A stretch of 63,816 nt of DNA, filler included, from an uncultured Chlamydiae bacterium (GTDB lineage Bacteria; Chlamydiota; Chlamydiia; Chlamydiales; SM23-39): the NCBI GenBank assembly GCA_937899275.1. It is 6 parts of 6 records of this genome, joined end to end, with 100 filler letters (N's around TTAATTAATTAA, not from the genome) between each part and the next. Parts side by side here need not be neighbours in the genome. Positions count along the whole stretch, not along the records: positions 8,859 to 10,193 come from CALBPE010000092.1; positions 10,294 to 35,443 come from CALBPE010000093.1; 4 more parts are not named here. One strand, given 5' to 3'. Below, one piece after another: positions 9,242-19,109 of this stretch. Under the pieces are notes generated by a model, which saw nothing but the letters and a program-made list of their open reading frames with translations, searched no databases and was not told the origin of the DNA. Each line of letters starts with the position of its first letter. The stretch's first letter is position 1. Made by a program: the position numbers and the translations under genes.

Positions 9242-10193
9242 CTAATCTAAAATGTTCTCCTGACCATGAAGTGTGCTGATAGAGCCATCGGAATTATACT
9301 TCATCCCTTTACTTCCCCCATATCTATAAACCTGTCCATTAGGACGTATCTGTACTTTAGAGCCATTTGGATGGTAATATTTGTAATACCCTCCAGGGGT
9401 CCTACCCTTAAACACGAAACCATTTGATTTAAGAACTTTTTCAGCTTTTAGTGGCCCAAGTCCTTCGAGGTTCCCAAGCTTCTTGAAGGTTTCTTGGACT
9501 ACACTTCCACCACCCCTAGCCCCTTCCTCAGTAGCTTTTTTTCTAAAGAATCTAAAAAATCCGAAAAGGCTCCATCCGCTTGCTTTCTTAGGGCCTTTTT
9601 TGAAGGCATTGGCTAAAAAGCTAGCTACCTTCTTCTGCAGCTTCTTCAGTACTGGTCCGGCTGCTTTGCCTGTTACCTTCAAGACTTTTCCTACAGGGGT
9701 AAAGTCCATAGCCAAGCTCGCTGCTAAATTAATGATTTCTGAGTTAGTCATTTTAGCAAGGCGGTCAGGATCTTTGACCCTTTCTAGGAGCAGCTTGCCT
9801 AGTTCGCCACCAGGGACAAGGCCTAGCGCAATATTAGCCGCTTGCTCTGCCAACGCTTGCAAGCGTTGGCCACTGTCCTGGCTAGCAGGTTGACCGCTAT
9901 CTTCTTTTTGGACTTCGGCAATCAGCCTTTGCGCTTCTTGGTGCGCAGCTTCTTGCTCTGCTTGTGTCTTTCGGTCTTTTTCTGCCTGCTTTTGTTTTTC
10001 CTGCTCGCTAGCCGATGGCGCTTTTTTTGACGGCGCTTTACCAGGTTTTTTCTTCTTTCTTCCTTTTGGCTTTTTCTTGGCCCTTGCTTTCTTTTTATCG
10101 GCTTCTTTGTCTGGTGTTTTGTCTTCCTCTTTTTTATTCTCCTCTTTCTCTTTGTCTAAAGCAGCTTTCTTTTTCGCTTCTTCCTGCTTCTTG
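9242..10193 (-). CDS. Putative polymorphic toxin, C-terminal part (K/E-rich linker, pre-toxin helices, nuclease-like tip), 5'-truncated
   Basis: Frame open from 9862 to the contig edge (KKQEEAKKKAALDKEKEE...); pre-toxin-like GLVPGG and DFTPVGKVLK; basic tip KGRTPGGYYKYYHPNGSKVQIRPNGQVYRYG...KYNSDG...H. Confidence 0.6.
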
Positions 10194-10293
10194 NNNNNNN
10201 NNNNNNNNNNNNNNNNNNNNNNNNNNNNNNNNNNNNNTTAATTAATTAANNNNNNNNNNNNNNNNNNNNNNNNNNNNNNNNNNNNNNNNNNNN
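10194..10293. other. Artificial contig linker
   Basis: N44-TTAATTAATTAA-N44. Confidence 0.99.
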
Positions 10294-10493
10294 ATCGAAG
10301 ACCAAAAGTTTTCAGTGAAAAAATAGCTATTTTCACAAGGCGCGTACCTAGCAATCGAGTATGAAAAAAGCCACATAAATTGAATAATGGATTAATCTGC
10401 AAAAGACAAACAAAGGGAAAAGAAAAATAAACACAAACACTAATATTAAGAAAATGTAAGAACTGCAATAGATATACCACAATCGACATTAAG

Positions 10494-10991
10494 AGGACTA
10501 GCCTTCAAAAAAGGTGGACCACTAACCTGCTAACTTCGATATTTCTATATACTCTCTTGGTGAGAGCATTTTTAACGCCTAATGAGGCGCTTATTTATTA
10601 TAATCTTCAAACCATTTGTCTAGTTTTTCTATCACAACTTTAGCATTTGAGATGTCATTTGGCCATACGCCGTATGTAGTCTTTTCCTCTTAGCAAGGTC
10701 TGATCGAAAGGTCTAAGAGACCTATCGAGCTTCGGAAATAGCTCTCATTGCATACCGCTTTTCTTTGACCAAGCTTGCCGCGAGATGAGTCTTCTCCATG
10801 TAAATAGTCCGCTAGGACTTCTATCATATTTGCGCGCCATAACGGAAACGCTCATCTAAGGCTGGTACGTTTGTTCAACAATGGCTTTCTTCAGCGCTTT
10901 ATCGTCTGCCTTTTTCTATTTAGGCGATTCCTCAATATGATTGGATTTAGTCATAAACCCCGTTTTTCTCCTATAGTGAAGAAAAAGTCCA
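10494..10991 (-). mobile_element. Decayed, internally deleted IS3-family (IS2-like) element
   Basis: OrfA-like KKAIVEQTYQP*MSVSVMARKYDRSPSGLFTWRRL from ATG 10954; OrfB C-terminus-like DKWFEDYNK*APH*ALKMLSPREY near 10550-10620; imperfect terminal IRs GGACT...CTTCA...AGG. Confidence 0.75.
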
Positions 10992-11198
10992 GTCGGTATT
11001 TGTAGGAAGAGCCTCTCTTTTTACCAAACCGTTAAAAAGAGATCATCGGAGCGTACAGGCCCGTTTGCAAGAAGATAGCATAGCTTGTTATTACCCCTCA
11101 AAAACTTAGAGATATCAAAGTGCATATTTGAAAACGCCGTAGATCTATTTGTATTTTTAATGATATAATGATTTTTCTGCGTTTTATGGAGACTTTAT

Positions 11199-12029
11199 AT
11201 GCATCCTGCTGTACACGTAACTAATTCCAATGTGCAACAAATTTTTTTAGGTTATAGCAGCGTATTTCAAAAGGGCTACAAGAAAAATCTTATCCGACTG
11301 ATAGCTAGTGTAGCGGTAAATATTGTCGTTTTAATCAGTATGATATTTGCATTCGCCTCTAATGCGCTTGTGGTTTATTCTGCATTAACACTGTTATTCG
11401 GATTTTCTGTTGTACCCGCTTCCTACTATATATCTATTTTGCCTAAGATAAAAAAAGCGATGCGTATTAATTTGCAAGCTTTGCGAAGCGCAGCGGGCCG
11501 GCAGCTCGTAGGCCGCTCATGTGTACCATCGATTTATTCTACTCGTGATCATCAAACGCACCTACCGATAGGTCCTAATGCTTTACCCGACTTAAGCTAT
11601 CGCGATTTTTACAATCATTGCATAAGCAACTCCAACCTAAATGAAGAAAGAGAGCTTCATTACAAGCTGGTCTCTTGCCAGAGCTCAGCTGAAGGCATAG
11701 CTCTTGCTATTTCTTCTTTTATGGCAGGGTTTTTTACCACTTGCCTTTTTACTATAACCAGCCTTTCACTGGGGAGTTTAGCTCTAGTATTGTCTATAGG
11801 GTCCGTTGCAGCTTTTATAGTAAAAGATGCATTTGTTCTTGCGACCACAGGTGTGTATAAAGTGATGTTACAAAACCCGGATCTATTTTTCCGTACAGAT
11901 TATAATTTAAATGCAGAAGAACGTAGACGAGCGGAAAATCACCTTTATGAAGATTTGTATGTGATTCCGCTATTTTTGCCAGATTTTTGGAGGGATAAAT
12001 TGTTGTATATTCCCCATGAAATACCTTAG
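11199..12029 (+). CDS. Inc-like membrane protein with two bilobed hydrophobic domains (paralog A)
   Basis: Two hydrophobic hairpins of about 50 aa; clear similarity to the downstream ORF; extended -10 TGATATAAT at 11161-11169. Confidence 0.7.
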   Translation: MHPAVHVTNSNVQQIFLGYSSVFQKGYKKNLIRLIASVAVNIVVLISMIFAFASNALVVYSALTLLFGFSVVPASYYISILPKIKKAMRINLQALRSAAGRQLVGRSCVPSIYSTRDHQTHLPIGPNALPDLSYRDFYNHCISNSNLNEERELHYKLVSCQSSAEGIALAISSFMAGFFTTCLFTITSLSLGSLALVLSIGSVAAFIVKDAFVLATTGVYKVMLQNPDLFFRTDYNLNAEERRRAENHLYEDLYVIPLFLPDFWRDKLLYIPHEIP

Positions 12030-12240
12030 TAAAATGTTGGGGGAAATAGCTAGTAGACCGTCAAGATCAATCTCTACTTTTTTATCCAATGGCTGAGACA
12101 GAAACTTCACTAAACTGATCATAGTCTCTTAAAAAGTCTATGGAGCATCGTAAGATCTATCGCCTTTAAGAGAAAGAGATAGCAATGTAGACGTATTTTG
12201 CTTGCCTGTATTAGAATTTTGTTTTTAAAACAGGTGCAGT

Positions 12241-13038
12241 ATGGGCGCAACACCTCTTCAGCTTTCTCCAGGTACTAGATCGGTGTTTGTTGGAAATGTG
12301 CACGTCTTTCAAAAAGGGTTTGAAAAGCATTTGCAACAGCTTTTAGGTACAGCTATTGCCGCTATTGCATTTCTGGCCATAAATATATTTTCCAAGATCC
12401 ACCATTTATTCTTACTGCATACGGTTAGTTCGTTTGCCTATCCTATATGCGGCGCTTTGACTTACATTGTATATGCAAGTACGCCGGATATTTTGAATGG
12501 AAGAAAAAGGATTATCAGGGCTTTAAGAGAGCATGCAAACTGTCCTGTCAATCCACTTAAAAGAGTTCCAGGGTTTTCTTTTATAGAAGGGCTTCCAACA
12601 GCAGAAGATAGAATCGCGAACTTTGATTATAACCAGTTTGTAGATGATTGCGCCCGCATGTCTTACCTGGAAAAAGAAGAGCTTGCCTATAGGATTGATG
12701 TGCTTCAAGAACAAGCGGTTTTTATTGCAGGGCTCGTATCTATGGTTGTAGGCGCGTTGTTCACAAGTATTGTATTCAACCTCGTCCCACTCTCTACATT
12801 TGGATACGCCATGTACGGGGCGGCTCAAATAGTCGGGGCATTTATAGTCAAAGAGGCATTTATCTTTTCTACCCGAAATGTCCATGAGTTAATGCTGCAG
12901 GAGCCTAGGTTATTTTTCCGTAACGATTATAGATTAACTGTAGAGGAGAGCCGTGTGGTAGAAAGGCATTTATATCAAGATACCTACCTACTGCATTTTT
13001 TCTTACCTAATTTGGCTGTGTGTACGCGTCGATCATAG
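12241..13038 (+). CDS. Inc-like membrane protein with two bilobed hydrophobic domains (paralog B)
   Basis: Shares FQKG, AFIVK(D/E)AF, MLQxPxLFFRxDYxLxxEExRxxExHLYxDxY and FLP with paralog A. Confidence 0.7.
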   Translation: MGATPLQLSPGTRSVFVGNVHVFQKGFEKHLQQLLGTAIAAIAFLAINIFSKIHHLFLLHTVSSFAYPICGALTYIVYASTPDILNGRKRIIRALREHANCPVNPLKRVPGFSFIEGLPTAEDRIANFDYNQFVDDCARMSYLEKEELAYRIDVLQEQAVFIAGLVSMVVGALFTSIVFNLVPLSTFGYAMYGAAQIVGAFIVKEAFIFSTRNVHELMLQEPRLFFRNDYRLTVEESRVVERHLYQDTYLLHFFLPNLAVCTRRS

Positions 13039-13742
13039 CTGTCTAGTTTACTAGCTAGCTCCTCTGTAGGCACTTCAGAGGGCCGTTTTTTTTCTAAAGA
13101 TTGTAAAGAGCCCAACTCCAAAGAATACTTTTTCAGCGTCGATCCGATCATTTTTCTTGGATGGCGAAATAGCGTTTGTACAAGAGAAAATACGTTTTGT
13201 GCATAGGTTTTTTTTCTTGGAATAAGCTCAATAACAGCAGAGTCTACCTTCGGTATAGGGCGAAAAGCTGTTTTTGGCACAATAAAAAGTAGTCGTATCG
13301 AAAAAGATAGCTGCATTTCTGCAAAAAATGCCCTTTTTGCATAAGGCGAAGAGAGAGCTTCTGCCACTTCTTTTTGCACCATTAAAATGGCTTTGGCAAA
13401 AGACTGTTTTTCATTTTGCAGCTTACGTAAAAGGGGAGATGTGATGTTGTAGGGGATATTTGATACAATTGTATCATAAAAAGAGCCCTCCAAAGATATA
13501 GTTAAGATGTCTTGATTTAGAAGTTTGATCGGCAAATGGCTTAGATGAGCAATCAGCCGTCTATCTTTTTCTACCGCCGTCAGCTGGCACATTTTACTGA
13601 GAGGCTCAGTCATCTTACCTAAACCTGGGCCTATTTCCAAAATAGACTTTTCAGGAGAAGGGGAGACAGCTTCCAGAATTTTATCGCGTATCGAAGTGTC
13701 GTGTAAAAAATTTTGGGATAAGGTTTTTTTTGCCTGAATCAC
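12984..13742 (-). CDS. rsmA: 16S rRNA dimethyladenosine transferase KsgA
   Basis: AKKTLSQNFL, LEIGPGLG, VSNIPYNIT, AFRPIPKVDSAV. Confidence 0.95.
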   Translation of the reverse strand: MIQAKKTLSQNFLHDTSIRDKILEAVSPSPEKSILEIGPGLGKMTEPLSKMCQLTAVEKDRRLIAHLSHLPIKLLNQDILTISLEGSFYDTIVSNIPYNITSPLLRKLQNEKQSFAKAILMVQKEVAEALSSPYAKRAFFAEMQLSFSIRLLFIVPKTAFRPIPKVDSAVIELIPRKKTYAQNVFSLVQTLFRHPRKMIGSTLKKYSLELGSLQSLEKKRPSEVPTEELASKLDSYDRRVHTAKLGKKKCSR

Positions 13743-14782
13743 TGGCGGATGACAAAAGGTTGAAAAGAGCGGGGCATATCTTCTGGTTGCGTAGATACTC
13801 CATAGAGTTTTTGTAATTTGTTTACATACTCTTGATTGTATTTTTTTGCCGCCTGTTGCATCAGTTCCTGACGAAGAGATGCATATTTTTCTTCTAAAGA
13901 AGCGGGAGGCGTATAAGTTGCGTCTTTAAGATAAAAAATCTTTTGGACTTCTTTGCCTTTTTTGCGATTTGTATGCGTGATGGGCTGGGAAAAATCTCCA
14001 GGAGAAAGTGTGGCAAGAACGTTTTTATCTGCTCTTGCGATGGCGCTTTCCTCTCTTTCATATTCAGAGGAAAGGGAAATAGTTAAGTTGGGATTCGATC
14101 TTCTGTAAGAAGAGAGGATATCAGTTAAGTTGAGGGCTTTATCAGAACGGATTTTTGCATACATACTTTCCGCTGCTAAGGAAGAGTTCCTACCTTTGAT
14201 GGAAATAATCCGATAGCGCCACTCTTGTTTTCCCGGGTTTTCTGTCAAAAATTTTCGATAGGCGCTGCGGATATCTTGTGGATGCACGCTTTGGATCGCT
14301 TTTTGATTTACGTAAAACCACATCATACGCTGCACGATCATTTCTTGTTTAATCGACTCTTCCGCTTCTTCATAGGAAATATCGATTTTTTCTAATGTTT
14401 GCAATACGCTTGGTCCAAAACGATTGATGAGAGCTTCGTGGATTTCTCCTTTGCTGACAGTCACTTTTTTCTCCTCTGCATCGAGAAGGATCAGCTCTGT
14501 ATGGATGATTTCTTTTAATACGTTTTTCCAGTGCATTTGGTAGAACTGCAGACGGGCGTAATCATTTTCATACAAATTGGGGTACTGTTTGTGATAGAAA
14601 AGGTCCATCTGTTTTTTGACATCTAAAACAGAAATCGGTTTTTTTCCTACATGGGTCAAGATCCGATTTTCTAAGCTGAAGCGGAGGCTACCCTTCGGCA
14701 TAAGGAGGGGCATGTTCGAATCAAGTGAGGCAAAAAGGGTGATAGATAGAGGAAAAAAGAGGAAAAAAATACTTAGCTTCAT
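13739..14782 (-). CDS. SurA/PrsA-like periplasmic chaperone (SurA N-terminal domain)
   Basis: Signal peptide MKLSIFFLFF; NRILTHVGKKPISVLDV and LKEIIHTELILLDAEEKKVTVS; upstream of ksgA. Confidence 0.65.
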   Translation of the reverse strand: MKLSIFFLFFPLSITLFASLDSNMPLLMPKGSLRFSLENRILTHVGKKPISVLDVKKQMDLFYHKQYPNLYENDYARLQFYQMHWKNVLKEIIHTELILLDAEEKKVTVSKGEIHEALINRFGPSVLQTLEKIDISYEEAEESIKQEMIVQRMMWFYVNQKAIQSVHPQDIRSAYRKFLTENPGKQEWRYRIISIKGRNSSLAAESMYAKIRSDKALNLTDILSSYRRSNPNLTISLSSEYEREESAIARADKNVLATLSPGDFSQPITHTNRKKGKEVQKIFYLKDATYTPPASLEEKYASLRQELMQQAAKKYNQEYVNKLQKLYGVSTQPEDMPRSFQPFVIRQ

Positions 14783-14792
14783 GTCGTTTAGT

Positions 14793-15911
14793 CTAACAAA
14801 ATGCCTGGAAAGCTGCCATAAAAAAACCGTCATGGGCTTGGCTAACAGGAAGAATCTGTTTTTGTTCTAAAAGTTTTACGGGAAAATGCTCTAAAAAATA
14901 GGCTACCTGGTCTTGGTTTTCATCAGGAAACAAGCTACATGTAGAGTAGATGATTTTCCCTCCTTTTTTGACGTACAAAAGAGCCTCTTGAAACAGCATT
15001 TTTTGTGTTTCTACTAGAGCAAGCATGCCAGATAGCGTCGATTTCCATTTCATATCGGGGTTTCTTCTAAGAGTTCCCGATCCAGAGCAAGGGACATCGA
15101 GTAAAACGGTATCCATATTGCCTTTCAAACGTCTTTTAGCTTTTTTCTCAGGGAGAACAATTTGGGCGTTTTGTATATGAGCCCGTTTGAGCCGTTTTTT
15201 TGCTTGAACAAGGGCAGACGTGCGAATATCATGCAAAAAGAGTTGCCCAGATCCTTCCATGAAAGGGGCAAGCGCTAAACTTTTGCCTCCCGATCCGCTG
15301 CAGTAGTCTAGGATTTTTTCTTTTGGTTTTGCTTTTGTGAAAAGGGCAATAAGTTGACTGCCTTCATCCTGCACCTCAAAGAGCCCTTGTTTAAATTCAT
15401 CAAGGGCAAAAAAATTGATTCTTTTTCGAAAAGAAATGCCCATAGGAGATAGTTTGGTGAGGTATACGGGATAAAGAGGGGCCCACTTTGCAAAAAGCGT
15501 TTTTCTATCGGTTAAATACGTGTTGACCCGAACGGTTGTAGGCGCCTCTTCATTTAAGGTTTGACAAAGGGAAAAGGCTTGATCCCCATAGCTTTCCTCT
15601 AGTTTTTGATAGTACCATTTCGGAAAAGCGCACTGCAGATAACGGGGCGCTTTTTTTATAACGTCTATAGGCAAAGGATGAAGAAGCCGCTCATAACGAG
15701 TGATCCATGAAGGTTTTTTTTCTTTGTAGTCTAAAAACGTTTTCCAACGAACAAGGAGGTAGGCGTGTTCGGTGATCCATTTGCGGTCTTTGGCGCCTGC
15801 AGAGCGGTTGTTTCGAAAATACCGGGAGATGAATGCATCTAGAGGGTAGGTGGTTTTTTCCCATCCTGTTAAAAGATCGATTAAATGCTGGTAGCGAAAA
15901 GGGGAATTCAT
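14793..15911 (-). CDS. rsmB: RsmB/NOP2-family RNA m5C methyltransferase
   Basis: FEVQDEGSQL, LDYCSGSGGKS, VLLDVPCSGSGTLRRNPD, YSTCS. Confidence 0.9.
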   Translation of the reverse strand: MNSPFRYQHLIDLLTGWEKTTYPLDAFISRYFRNNRSAGAKDRKWITEHAYLLVRWKTFLDYKEKKPSWITRYERLLHPLPIDVIKKAPRYLQCAFPKWYYQKLEESYGDQAFSLCQTLNEEAPTTVRVNTYLTDRKTLFAKWAPLYPVYLTKLSPMGISFRKRINFFALDEFKQGLFEVQDEGSQLIALFTKAKPKEKILDYCSGSGGKSLALAPFMEGSGQLFLHDIRTSALVQAKKRLKRAHIQNAQIVLPEKKAKRRLKGNMDTVLLDVPCSGSGTLRRNPDMKWKSTLSGMLALVETQKMLFQEALLYVKKGGKIIYSTCSLFPDENQDQVAYFLEHFPVKLLEQKQILPVSQAHDGFFMAAFQAFC

Positions 15912-16034
15912 GAGGTATAGTATGCCTTGTCTTGGATTTGCTTAAAAGAGCGCTTTTTTTTGATCCATAGATTTTTTTATAGCTTTTTGCCATTTTAAAA
16001 GAAGTGGGTATAGTACAGCACCGAAGGAGAAACG

Positions 16035-16526
16035 ATGCGATCTTTGCAAATCATTATTTTATTTTTTGGGCGTTTATGTATGAGCGCGATCTTTTTACTT
16101 TCTGGTATCCATAAAATCTTTCATTGGAAAGATGCCTCAGAAGGGTTGATGCGGGTTTTTTCTTCTTGGGCGGTGATTTTCGAGCATAGGCCAGAATTAG
16201 CGGAGTTTTTTTCGTCTGCAATCTACTTTTCACCCGCCTTTTTATCTATAGCAATTGCAATGGAGTTGATTGGGGGGATTTTTCTTTTAACGGGATTTAA
16301 AGCGAGAACAGGGGCGGTTATTCTAGCTCTTTTCTTGCTGCCAACAACCTTTATATTTCATCATTTTTGGTATTTTACCGGTTTGAAAAGAGATATTGAA
16401 TGCGCGATGTTTCTAAAGAACATCGCTATTTTAGGAGGGCTTTTATACGTTATCGCTTGCGGAGAAAGCGCCCCTGAGATTGGAAATGCTAGTGAAAAGC
16501 CGCATACATCTGTAAAAGAAGACTAA
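16035..16526 (+). CDS. DoxX family membrane protein
   Basis: GRLCMSAIFLLSGIHKI, ELIGG, HHFW, FLKNIAILGGLL. Confidence 0.9.
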   Translation: MRSLQIIILFFGRLCMSAIFLLSGIHKIFHWKDASEGLMRVFSSWAVIFEHRPELAEFFSSAIYFSPAFLSIAIAMELIGGIFLLTGFKARTGAVILALFLLPTTFIFHHFWYFTGLKRDIECAMFLKNIAILGGLLYVIACGESAPEIGNASEKPHTSVKED

Positions 16527-16533
16527 GCATTTT

Positions 16534-18213
16534 ATGAACTTATATGTGCTAGGATCTTTATTTACCGTATCTTGGCTGATCTGTAGCCTGGGTCAGCCGA
16601 GCGCATCTTTTTATTTTTCTGTAGCCGCTTCTTTATTTGGTTATGCACTTTTTTGGAGAGGCTTATCGGAGATTGCCTGTTGGAAAAAACAAGGGTGCAT
16701 AGCATTTCTTTGGTTTTTTCTTCTTTCTTCTTTTCAGCTTTCTTGGATGCTGTCTTTTACTTACCAAGGAGTGTACATAGCGTTTCTCCATCAGTTTTTA
16801 TCTGCTGCTGTTGCGCTGCAGTTTGCTGCGCTTTGTTTTGCTCTTATCCGCTCGACCAGTAAAAGACAGGTGGTTTATAGCGCTGCTTTATGGACCCTTT
16901 TCGAATGGTCTCGGCTTTACTGGTTATGCGGATCTACTTGGAATCCAGCAGGTCTTAGCTTAACCGCCTCCAAGTATACTATTTCTCTTGCAACAGTCGG
17001 AGGAATCTATTTTTTATCATTTTGGGTCATCATGACTAACGGCCTATTTTTTTTCGCGTACAAAAAAAAACAGGCTCATGCCGTTTATGCAGCGGTTTTT
17101 TGCGCTTTTTTACCTTATGCAGTAGGTTTTATTCATCAAGCGCGTCATAGCCAATCGATTGCCTCTAGCCCAAAGCTATCTGCTGCATTGATCCAAACCG
17201 CTATCAAACCAGAAGAAAAAGAGCCTATTCTTAAGAAAGGAGCTTTTATTGATCCTTTGCTGCAGTGGGAAAGGATTTGGCGTTTTTTGCAAAAGGCGCC
17301 TAAAGATGTAGATATCATTGTGCTTCCAGAAGTAGCGCTGCCTTTCGGCGCTTTTGGCGCGATCTATTATGAAGAGGCGGTAAAAGATGCTTGGCAGGTC
17401 TATTTTGGAAAAGAAGCGCTTCGGCATATGCCGCCTTTAACTTACCCTTATGCTACACAAGATATTCATGGATACTGGTATGTATCAAACGGATATATTG
17501 CAAAAGCGCTAGCAAACTACTTTCAAGCAGAGCTGATTTTAGGATTAGAAGAGCGCATGTTAGATGCTACTGCAAGAAATAGCGCTTTTTATTTTGCCCC
17601 TTTTCAAGCGTTTCCGAGGTCGTATGCTAAGTGCGTTCTTGTTCCTGGAGCAGAATATATCCCCTATTCTTGGTGTGAAGGGATTGCGAGAAAGCATGGT
17701 GCAAAAGGCGCCTACGTGCATGGGAAAATACCTGGCGTGGTGGCAGGCGCCCATCCCCTAGGGCTCTCTATTTGTTATGAAGAGACGTATGGGGATCTCA
17801 TTCGGAAAACAAGAAAACGCGGCGCGCAGCTTTTAGTGAATCTGTCTAACGACGGCTGGTTTCCTGGAACCGCTCTTCCAAGGCAACATTTTGATCTTGC
17901 AAGAGTGCGCAGCGTAGAAAACGGCGCACCTTTAGTTCGAGCGACAAATACGGGAATCACAGCAGCAGTTGACTCCCTTGGGCAGGTGGTCGCTGCATTT
18001 ACCCCTGCCTTTGCTGAAAACCCCCAGGCAGCAGGCGCTCTTTTTGTAGATGTTCCTGTATATACCTATGGAACTTGGTATACACAGTGGGGAGATGGGT
18101 TGATTGTATCTATTTCTTTAGGCCTTATTTTTCTTTGTATGCTGGAGAAATGGCGCAAAGAGCAGAAAGCCTCTCAAGGAAAAGCGCTTGCTCAAAAAAT
18201 ACCTGTTCGCTAA
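16534..18213 (+). CDS. lnt: Apolipoprotein N-acyltransferase
   Basis: Multiple TM segments; IVLPE, KCVLVPGAEYIP, ICYEE, NLSNDGWF, RATNTGIT. Confidence 0.93.
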   Translation: MNLYVLGSLFTVSWLICSLGQPSASFYFSVAASLFGYALFWRGLSEIACWKKQGCIAFLWFFLLSSFQLSWMLSFTYQGVYIAFLHQFLSAAVALQFAALCFALIRSTSKRQVVYSAALWTLFEWSRLYWLCGSTWNPAGLSLTASKYTISLATVGGIYFLSFWVIMTNGLFFFAYKKKQAHAVYAAVFCAFLPYAVGFIHQARHSQSIASSPKLSAALIQTAIKPEEKEPILKKGAFIDPLLQWERIWRFLQKAPKDVDIIVLPEVALPFGAFGAIYYEEAVKDAWQVYFGKEALRHMPPLTYPYATQDIHGYWYVSNGYIAKALANYFQAELILGLEERMLDATARNSAFYFAPFQAFPRSYAKCVLVPGAEYIPYSWCEGIARKHGAKGAYVHGKIPGVVAGAHPLGLSICYEETYGDLIRKTRKRGAQLLVNLSNDGWFPGTALPRQHFDLARVRSVENGAPLVRATNTGITAAVDSLGQVVAAFTPAFAENPQAAGALFVDVPVYTYGTWYTQWGDGLIVSISLGLIFLCMLEKWRKEQKASQGKALAQKIPVR

Positions 18214-18230
18214 GTTTTTTATAATAAGTT

Positions 18231-19109
18231 ATGAGAAATGCTTTGTCAGAATACCCACATATGCAATGTACTATAGAGCGCTCCGTTCATCTTTCTGGAA
18301 AAGGACTGTTTACTGGAAAAGCGGTTTCTCTTTCTTTACATCCTCAAGAGGAAAATGTAGGTATTGTTTTTCGTAGGAACGATCTGCCAAACGCTCCTTT
18401 AATCCCTGCGCATTTTCGGTATGTTTCTTCAACGTTTCGTTCTACGCGGCTGCAAAACGAAGAGGCAGATGTGCTTATGGTAGAGCATCTACTTTCTGCT
18501 TTACATGCATTTGCTATCGATAATGTGGAAATTGTAATTGATGCAGAAGAGATTCCTTGCGGTGATGGTAGCGCAAAAATTTTTGTAGACCTATTAAAAA
18601 AAGCAGGCCAAATAAAGCAAACGGCTTGTCGAAAAATAAGAAAGTTGAAGCAGCCTGTTTACTGGTCTGATGGCAACGCCCATCTTGTAGCTTTTCCTGC
18701 AGATACATTGAAGCTAAGCTATACCTTGCATTACCCTAAAAGCGCTCTTTTACAAGCGCAGTACCATGAATATACTCTAGATCCTTCTAGTTATGTAGAA
18801 GAAATTGCGCCCGCTAGAACGTTTGCTTTATACGAAGAGGTGGAGCCGCTTATGCAAAAGGGGCTTTTGCAGAAAGCGAGTTTAGAAAATGGTATTTTGA
18901 TTAAAGAAGATGCCGTTTGTAATCCAGAAGGTCTTCGGTTTGCAAATGAAATGGCTCGCCATAAAATTTTAGACTTAATTGGAGATATGACCTTAACAGG
19001 CTTTGCTTTGCATGCGCATATTTTAGCAGTTCGCTCGGGTCACAAAGCGCATGTAGCTTTTGCTAAAATATTACACGATTCTATGGAGATGGCTGGTTGC
19101 CCATTATGA
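18231..19109 (+). CDS. lpxC: UDP-3-O-acyl-GlcNAc deacetylase
   Basis: VEHLLSAL, DGSA, EIAPARTF, RHKILDLIGD. Confidence 0.96.
   Translation: MRNALSEYPHMQCTIERSVHLSGKGLFTGKAVSLSLHPQEENVGIVFRRNDLPNAPLIPAHFRYVSSTFRSTRLQNEEADVLMVEHLLSALHAFAIDNVEIVIDAEEIPCGDGSAKIFVDLLKKAGQIKQTACRKIRKLKQPVYWSDGNAHLVAFPADTLKLSYTLHYPKSALLQAQYHEYTLDPSSYVEEIAPARTFALYEEVEPLMQKGLLQKASLENGILIKEDAVCNPEGLRFANEMARHKILDLIGDMTLTGFALHAHILAVRSGHKAHVAFAKILHDSMEMAGCPL

Noticed and set aside
9900..10193. Lys-rich segment as a histone-like Hc1/Hc2 protein
   Set aside because: It is in frame with the toxin-like ORF, is mixed K/E, and lacks Hc2 pentapeptide repeats.
12984..13038. Convergent 3' overlaps (ksgA with paralog B; also slyD/hemW, GT9/uvrD, ahpC, rsbU/cca)
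   Set aside because: Short tail-to-tail overlaps are common in compact chlamydial genomes; no sign of special function.
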